From Patescibacteria group bacterium (lineage in GTDB: Bacteria > Patescibacteriota > Minisyncoccia > UBA6257 > HR35), in contig JAMCWY010000017.1 in assembly GCA_023480925.1 (NCBI GenBank), forward strand, positions 1 to 11,067: a DNA stretch of 11,067 nt. Direction: 5' to 3'. The notes beneath the pieces are model-generated. The model saw only the letters and a program-made list of their open reading frames with translations, was not told where the DNA came from and made no database searches. Numbering within the stretch: position 1 is the first letter of the stretch; every line of letters starts with the position of its first letter. Positions 5,764 to 11,067 of this stretch are shown piece after piece. A program made the position numbers and the translations under genes.

Positions 5764-8257
5764 TCTTGAAGCGAAAATTTTTCAACTCGGCTATTGGGAA
5801 AAACTTCTTTATAAAAATTTAATTCTGAGCGCGCGCGTCCTCTTGATTATTCTTGGCTTTAGTTTGATTTTTATCAACATCCCTATTCTCCGTCTGACCG
5901 GATTTTGGTTAATCGTCATCTGGCTCTTTCATTTTATTCAAACCAACTACTTGACCAAAAAAGATCTTCGCTTTAAACAAGACGCCGATTTTTTGGAGTT
6001 CGCCGAGGAAAAAACAATTTTTTTAATTCTCGACAGCCTAAAAGAAGCCGAACTTTTAAAAATCCAAAATATTCAGATCGTTCTCTTGGCCAAACTTTTA
6101 AATCAAAAAGACGTGATTAAAATCCTGGCTCGGCTTAGTCTCGAACCAAAACCAATCCAAATTGAAACCGAGACTTACTTTAAAGAAATTGGGAAAGGCC
6201 CGGCTTTGGATTTAAAACTTCAATTAAAAAAATTTCTTTTAAAAAACATCGAACCGATCTTGATCTGGTCGATCAAAATCGCCCGCGACTTAAACTACCC
6301 CTCGATATCGCCGGCGATTCTTTTTGTCGCCCTGCGCGAAAAAGGCGATTTGAGCATAAATGAAATATTCGAAAAATTCAACATTGACCAAGACTTTCTT
6401 AAATCGGCTCTGGCCCTTAATATTTTTAAAGAAAAAATCGGCGGCCAGCGGCGCCAAAGCCTGGCTAAGTTTCATTTAGGCGGCGCGCGCCAGCGATGGC
6501 ATAATCGTTCTTGGACATCAAGACCAACACCGATTTTGGATCAGTTCGGCACCGACTTAACCAACCTCGCCCGCGCCAACCAAGTCGGCTTTATTATTGG
6601 ACACGGCAAAGAACTTAACGAAATCATGGTCAATCTCAATCAGTTTGACAAATTTAATCTCCTTTTAATCGGCCGCGCCGGTTCGGGCCGAACCAGTTTA
6701 GTTTGGCGCTTGGCCTGGTTAATCAGTCGAGACTTGATCCCGGAAAAATATTTTGATTTCCGCGTGATCGAACTTAATTTGAATGAAATTTTTGCCGCCG
6801 ACCCGCGAAATTTTCATCATCTTTTAATTTCGATTTTGAACGAAACCGCGGCCAGTCAAAATACCATTCTTTTTTTGCCCGAGATTGATCAAATTCTTTT
6901 AGCTAATATTTCGCCTTCGCCGCTATCACTACTCCAACCTTTCCTTGAATCGAACTCAAATGTTTCTTTTATCGCCACGACCACGATTGAAGCGGCAATC
7001 CGGCTGAAACATCTTTACCAAATTGAAAATTATTTTAACTTAATTGAAATTGATGAGCTTCAACCGAACGAGGCGATTAATCTTCTTTCGCTTGAATCAC
7101 TTTTACTTGAAAAAAAAGAAGGAATTTTGATTACGCCCCAAGCGATCGCCCGATCGGTCAGTTTAGCCGAACGATTTATCTCAACCAAACCCCTGCCCGC
7201 CTCAGCCCGAAGCGTCATTAACGAGGCTTTTAGTTTAGCTAAGGCCCATCGCTTAAAAATTATCACGGAAGAAATTATTGGCGACATCATTAGCCAATCA
7301 ACCAAAATTCCGATAACCGATCCAGGCCAAGCGGAAAAACACCTGCTCGAAAACCTCGAGGCCGTCATTCATCAACGTTTAATCGATCAAGACTTCGCCG
7401 TTAAAGAAGTAAGCCGAGTCTTAAAAACATACCGAAGCGGCTTGATTAAAAGCAAAGGACCAATCGGCAGCTTTCTTTTTGTCGGACCAACCGGCGTCGG
7501 CAAAACCGAGTTGGCGAAGATACTGGCTCGAACATACTTCGGCGGCGAAACGGAAATGATTCGAATCGACATGGTCCAATTTCAAAACTCGACCGATATC
7601 GAAAACTTAATCGGTTCGGCCGACGGCCAAACGCTCGGCCGTCTGACCGAAACGGTTCGAGCTAAACCCTACAGCCTAATTCTTTTGGATGAATTCGAGA
7701 AAGCCGGATTGGAAATTATTAATCTCTTTCTGCCAATCTTCGACGACGGTTTAATTAAAGACGGCCTCGGACGCGAAATAAAATTTGACAACACCATTAT
7801 TATCGCCACCTCGAACGCCCATTCGAATTTAATCAAAACCGAATTTGAAAACGGCAAAACGATTGAAGCGATCGCCGACGAAGTCAAGACCAAGCTAAAC
7901 GATTATTTCCCAATCGAACTCTTAAATCGATTCGACGGCGTTATTTTTTTTAAACCGCTTGGCCCAAACGAACTTCGCCAAATCGCCGAACTACTAATCG
8001 GCGATTTGAGTCGTGACCTCTTATTTAAATTCGGCGCCAACTTAAAATTAACCGAGCCGGCCTTGGCTAAAATCGTTGAATTGGGTTATAATCCAACTTA
8101 CGGCGCCCGGCCACTCGCTCGAGTGATTGAAAAAGAAATTAAAAGCCTAATCGCCGAAACAATTTTAAAAACAAGCCTGAACCGCGGCAGTCAGATTAAT
8201 ATTGACTACAACGATCAAGACAATAAATTCGTTTTTAAGACAACTCCGCCGTTATGA
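5747..8257 (+). CDS. membrane-anchored Clp/Hsp100-family double-AAA+ ATPase (ClpB/ClpC-like) with a degenerate first nucleotide-binding domain
   Basis: Start taken at ATG 5747 (MADLVN...); the ORF track uses TTG 5702. Two predicted TM helices (VLLIILGFSLIFINIPIL and FWLIVIWLFHFI) are followed by Clp_N-like repeats. The D1 module begins TPILDQFGTDLTNLA, with Walker A GRAGSGRTS (6671-6697) and Walker B ILFLPEID. The D2 module is canonical: GPTGVGKT (7484-7507), LILLDEFEKA, IIIATSN, ELLNRFDGVIFFKPL and GARPLARVIEKEI. Confidence 0.9.
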   Translation: MADLVNLEAKIFQLGYWEKLLYKNLILSARVLLIILGFSLIFINIPILRLTGFWLIVIWLFHFIQTNYLTKKDLRFKQDADFLEFAEEKTIFLILDSLKEAELLKIQNIQIVLLAKLLNQKDVIKILARLSLEPKPIQIETETYFKEIGKGPALDLKLQLKKFLLKNIEPILIWSIKIARDLNYPSISPAILFVALREKGDLSINEIFEKFNIDQDFLKSALALNIFKEKIGGQRRQSLAKFHLGGARQRWHNRSWTSRPTPILDQFGTDLTNLARANQVGFIIGHGKELNEIMVNLNQFDKFNLLLIGRAGSGRTSLVWRLAWLISRDLIPEKYFDFRVIELNLNEIFAADPRNFHHLLISILNETAASQNTILFLPEIDQILLANISPSPLSLLQPFLESNSNVSFIATTTIEAAIRLKHLYQIENYFNLIEIDELQPNEAINLLSLESLLLEKKEGILITPQAIARSVSLAERFISTKPLPASARSVINEAFSLAKAHRLKIITEEIIGDIISQSTKIPITDPGQAEKHLLENLEAVIHQRLIDQDFAVKEVSRVLKTYRSGLIKSKGPIGSFLFVGPTGVGKTELAKILARTYFGGETEMIRIDMVQFQNSTDIENLIGSADGQTLGRLTETVRAKPYSLILLDEFEKAGLEIINLFLPIFDDGLIKDGLGREIKFDNTIIIATSNAHSNLIKTEFENGKTIEAIADEVKTKLNDYFPIELLNRFDGVIFFKPLGPNELRQIAELLIGDLSRDLLFKFGANLKLTEPALAKIVELGYNPTYGARPLARVIEKEIKSLIAETILKTSLNRGSQINIDYNDQDNKFVFKTTPPL

Positions 8258-9204
8258 CGAAACCAATAAAGATTTCATTAATCGCCGGCTTGATTGTTTT
8301 AGTTGCCACAGTTGGATTTTTTATTTTTTATTTTCGTCAAAAAATTTCTTTGATCAACAACTTCAACAACTTTTTCCCCAACTCAAACCAAGCCATTCTT
8401 CTTTTAGGCCAACCTGGCCTAGAACAATACCAAACCGATTACAACACCGACGCGATTATTCTTGTTTATATCGACACCAAAACCGAGAGTGCCAATTTTA
8501 TCCGCATTCCTCGCGATCTAATCGTTGAAATTAACAAGCGTCAATACAAAATTAATTCTCTCTACGCTCTTGGCTTAAAAAAGGAGCTGCTCGAGAAAAT
8601 TAGCGACATCAGCGGCTTTAAAGTTAGTCATTATGTTGTTTTTGACCTAAGTTTGGTTAAAGAAATTGTCGACGCCATCGGCGGCATTGATGTCGATCTA
8701 AAAGAACCAGCGACCGATTGGGCTTCGGGCTTCACCTTGGCCCCGGGCGTTCATCATCTAGACGGAAAGCTGGCTGAGTTTGTTATCCGCGACCGCCTCT
8801 ACCCAACCGGCGATTTTTATCGCATCCACAATCAGTTTTTAGTTTTTCAAGCAATCAAAGAAAAAATTGAAGAGCTGCCCAAAACAAAACTTATTGGGCT
8901 AATCGGAATTATTCAAGCCAGCCGGCGCCATTATGAAACAAATCTCGAAGAGTATCAGATCCTTGACTTTTTGACAAAAATTGAGAAAATTAAATCTGAT
9001 CGTTTCCACGATATTATTATCGACACAAGCCACAATCTTCTTCAGGCCGGATCGTTCAGAATTTATTTTGGCCAAATTTATTACGACAACATTTACGGCT
9101 TAATCCCACCCTTCGGCATTAATCACTACGCCGAAATCAGAAATTTCATCAACGATCAAATTAACCAATCCAAACAAAACAGCAATGAAGCAAGTTCGAC
9201 CTAA
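8254..9204 (+). CDS. LytR-CpsA-Psr (LCP) family cell-envelope glycopolymer transferase
   Basis: An N-terminal TM anchor (ISLIAGLIVLVATVGFFIFYF) is followed by the LCP core motifs DAIILVYIDTKTESANFIRIPRDL, KINSLYALG and VSHYVVFDLSLVKEIVDAIGGIDVDL. Its ATG overlaps the TGA of the upstream gene (ATGA at 8254-8257). Confidence 0.85.
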   Translation: MTKPIKISLIAGLIVLVATVGFFIFYFRQKISLINNFNNFFPNSNQAILLLGQPGLEQYQTDYNTDAIILVYIDTKTESANFIRIPRDLIVEINKRQYKINSLYALGLKKELLEKISDISGFKVSHYVVFDLSLVKEIVDAIGGIDVDLKEPATDWASGFTLAPGVHHLDGKLAEFVIRDRLYPTGDFYRIHNQFLVFQAIKEKIEELPKTKLIGLIGIIQASRRHYETNLEEYQILDFLTKIEKIKSDRFHDIIIDTSHNLLQAGSFRIYFGQIYYDNIYGLIPPFGINHYAEIRNFINDQINQSKQNSNEASST

Positions 9205-9325
9205 GAGCCTAAAAAAATTTATTCGCCAACTAAAAAGTCAAATGCGGCGCGATTTAACCGCCGAAACGGAAATTAAAATTAAGATTGAAAAAATTTTAAA
9301 ATCTTATCATGGCGAAAAAGTTTAA
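9185..9325 (+). CDS. possible small basic protein (46 aa), unannotated in the ORF track
   Basis: ATG 9185 to TAA 9323-9325 encodes MKQVRPKSLKKFIRQLKSQMRRDLTAETEIKIKIEKILKSYHGEKV. It spans the whole 104-nt gap between the LCP and Mur ligase genes and overlaps both ends. An open 46-codon frame in AT-rich spacer is mildly unexpected. I recognise no homology. Confidence 0.25.
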   Translation: MKQVRPKSLKKFIRQLKSQMRRDLTAETEIKIKIEKILKSYHGEKV

Positions 9326-10685
9326 AAAATTGATTCCGAAAAAATTAGTCAATTTTTATCATTATCTTTGGGCCTTGGTCGGCGCCTTAATTTACAAATT
9401 TCCGAGCCGGAATTTAATCGTTATCGGCGTCACTGGGACAAAAGGCAAAACTTCCGTCTCTTATCTGACTTACGCTTTGCTTCAAAGCGCCGGGATCAAA
9501 ACCGCCCTTTTCTCTTCACAATATTTTTGCATCAACGATGACCTCAAAGAAAATACTGTTCGATTAACCACGCCCGGCCACGGCTTCTTTCAAAAATTTC
9601 TGGCCGAAGCAACTAAAGCCGGCTGCGAAGTCGCCATCCTTGAAATCACGTCGGAAGGTCTGGTCCAGTCGCGCCATCGCTTTATTGATTTTGATATTGT
9701 CGCTTTCATCAATATTCATCCGGAACACATCGAACACCACGGCGGTTATCTTAACTACCGCGAAGCTAAGAGTCTTTTATTTAGAAACTTACTCAAGGGT
9801 AAAAACAAACTTTTTCGGAGCAAGTTGATCAAAAAAACAATCGTCGTCAATCTTGACGAAAAAGAAGCTGATTATTTTTTAAGCTTCCCCGCCCAACAAA
9901 AAATAACTTACTCGATCGAAAACACCTACTCTTATCCGAATCATCTCCAACCCCAAAAATATACTCTTGCCCCGACCGGGACGAGATTTTATTGGGAAAA
10001 TCAAATTTTCAATTTTAAAATGCCCGGCCGCCAATATTTAAGCAATGCCTTCGCCAGCCTTAGTATTATTCACGGCCTCGATCTTAACGTTAAATCTTTT
10101 AACCAGGCCTTGGCCGACTTCAATGGCCTGAGTGGAAGATTTGAGGTTATAAGCGCCGGCGGGATTAAAGTAATTATTGATTACGCCCACACGCCCGGTT
10201 CAATCGAAGCTCTTTACCAAAATATCTGGCAAATATTTAAACCGAAACGTCTTCTTTGCCTTGTTAGTTCTGCCGGCGGCCACCGCGACAAGTGGAAACG
10301 GCCGGTTATCGGCGAAATCGCCTGCCGCTATTGCAATGAAACTATCATCACCGACGAAGATCCGGTTGACGAAGACCCGATGGCGATCATGAGATCGATT
10401 GAAACTGGGCTAAAACGTTATTTGGCCGAATATGAGCTTCAAAAACCGCACAAAATTATTCCCGATCGAACCGAGGCGATTAAAACCTTAGTCGACCAAG
10501 CCCAAAAGGACGACGTTGTTGTCTTAATTGGCAAGGGCGCTGAAAAATCGATCGAGACGGCCGATGGCCCAATCCCTTGGGACGAAGAAGAGGCGGTTAG
10601 AAAAGCTTTAAACTCTAAACAAGGACAACTTCGCCGGTCAAACCGGAAAATTTACTCCAAAATTTCAACCAAAGCGTCGGAATGA
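9309..10685 (+). CDS. murE: Mur ligase family enzyme, MurE-like (UDP-MurNAc-L-Ala-D-Glu:diamino-acid ligase) lacking the canonical N-terminal domain
   Basis: The P-loop is VIGVTGTKGKTS (9426-9455, residue 40 onward). EITSEGLVQSRHRF...NIHPEHIEHHGGYLNYREAK, DYAHTPGSIEAL and SSAGGHRDKWKRP parallel E. coli MurE EVSSHGL..., DYAHTPDALE and GGDRDKGKRP. TDEDP (10350-10364) sits at the position of the MurE DNPR motif. Confidence 0.75.
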   Translation: MAKKFKKLIPKKLVNFYHYLWALVGALIYKFPSRNLIVIGVTGTKGKTSVSYLTYALLQSAGIKTALFSSQYFCINDDLKENTVRLTTPGHGFFQKFLAEATKAGCEVAILEITSEGLVQSRHRFIDFDIVAFINIHPEHIEHHGGYLNYREAKSLLFRNLLKGKNKLFRSKLIKKTIVVNLDEKEADYFLSFPAQQKITYSIENTYSYPNHLQPQKYTLAPTGTRFYWENQIFNFKMPGRQYLSNAFASLSIIHGLDLNVKSFNQALADFNGLSGRFEVISAGGIKVIIDYAHTPGSIEALYQNIWQIFKPKRLLCLVSSAGGHRDKWKRPVIGEIACRYCNETIITDEDPVDEDPMAIMRSIETGLKRYLAEYELQKPHKIIPDRTEAIKTLVDQAQKDDVVVLIGKGAEKSIETADGPIPWDEEEAVRKALNSKQGQLRRSNRKIYSKISTKASE

Positions 10686-11067
10686 ATGCCGAAATCGAGC
10701 GCTTGCTGTTTCGACGACATCCAGATATCGAATCTGGTCGAGTAGCGGTTACTCATCCGATCCTCAACCACAAAAATCTTGTCGCCATAAATACCGGGGA
10801 AGCTGACCTTGGTGCCAAAAGGCAAAAAGTTGTTCGCGACGATTCCATCCGCAACATGCAAACCCGAAGCGGTGATGAATGGTGTTGGTCCAGTTTCGTC
10901 CGGGCTCGAAGAGTAAGCGGTCACGTTCGCTCGAACTATGGTTGTGGCTGAAATTGATTTTAAGAACGGGCCCTCTGGATTTTGGCTTTGGTAAACGACC
11001 TTAGCCTCGGTTGGAGAATAAACTTGGCCAACCGAGACCGAAACGAACAAAATTAGAGCTAACAGCA
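10652..11067 (-). CDS. 3D-domain (MltA/RlpA-like double-psi beta-barrel) cell-wall-associated protein, N-terminus beyond the window edge
   Basis: VTAYSSSPDETGPTPFITASGLHVADGIVANNFLPFGTKVSFPGIYGDKIFVVEDRMSNRYSTRFDIWMSS matches the 3D-domain pattern (tAY..p.eT...P.iTAsG......G.vA...lPfGTkv........y.V.DrM......iDi.m). The frame stays open upstream of the listed TTG (11050) to the window edge and reads LLALILFVSVSV, which looks like a signal or TM segment. Confidence 0.8.
   Translation of the reverse strand, partial: LLALILFVSVSVGQVYSPTEAKVVYQSQNPEGPFLKSISATTIVRANVTAYSSSPDETGPTPFITASGLHVADGIVANNFLPFGTKVSFPGIYGDKIFVVEDRMSNRYSTRFDIWMSSKQQALDFGIHSDALVEILE

Noticed and set aside
6290-7893. Antisense ORFs within the Clp-like gene (6290-6475, 7060-7368, 7387-7572, 7669-7893)
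   Set aside because: They are shadow ORFs opposite a well-supported AAA+ coding frame.
8202-8528. 108-aa + strand ORF spanning the Clp/LCP junction
   Set aside because: It is an alternative frame overlapping two well-supported genes, with low-complexity, Ser/Arg-rich composition.
9640-10392. ORFs 9640-9828 and 10177-10392 (+) inside the Mur ligase gene, and 10682-10951 (+) opposite the 3D-domain gene
   Set aside because: They are alternative-frame or antisense shadows without motifs.
1-11067. Alternative genetic code (UGA recoded, as in some CPR lineages), CRISPR arrays, IS elements or prophage genes
   Set aside because: TGA cleanly terminates the Clp-like gene (8255-8257), and all large ORFs are intact under the standard code. 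I saw no spaced direct repeats, terminal inverted repeats, transposase or integrase motifs, or phage structural genes on either strand.

Overview
AT-rich bacterial window using the standard code (TGA and TAA act as stops and the long ORFs are intact). There is little or no Shine-Dalgarno signal, and there are several TTG starts and overlapping gene junctions. The gene content fits a small-genome lineage with a Gram-positive-like envelope, such as CPR/Patescibacteria; this taxonomic guess is inference only. Layout:
- 1-73: tail of an upstream + strand ORF and a strong intrinsic terminator.
- 75-604: about 0.5 kb with no credible ORF but two G+C-rich islands, a candidate structured RNA.
- Divergent tRNA-Leu(UAG) (-) and tRNA-Val(UAC) (+).
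- thrC (+).
- A convergent LamG-tipped type IV pilin-like gene (-). Its 5' UTR carries a perfect (GA)11.5 microsatellite downstream of a consensus sigma70 promoter.
- A tightly packed + strand string: EndoQ-like PHP nuclease, small membrane protein, membrane-anchored Clp/Hsp100 ATPase with a degenerate first ATPase module, LCP enzyme, 46-codon sORF, and an N-terminally short MurE-like ligase.
- The string ends in a 34-nt convergent overlap with a 3D-domain gene that runs off the right edge.
I saw no CRISPR array, transposase, integrase, toxin-antitoxin pair or recognisable defence gene. The three most unusual items are the microsatellite/uORF arrangement in front of the pilin-lectin gene (a candidate phase-variation switch), the membrane-tethered Clp ATPase with a dead D1 module, and the unassigned GC-rich non-coding islands beside tRNA-Leu. 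None of these can be proven from sequence alone.
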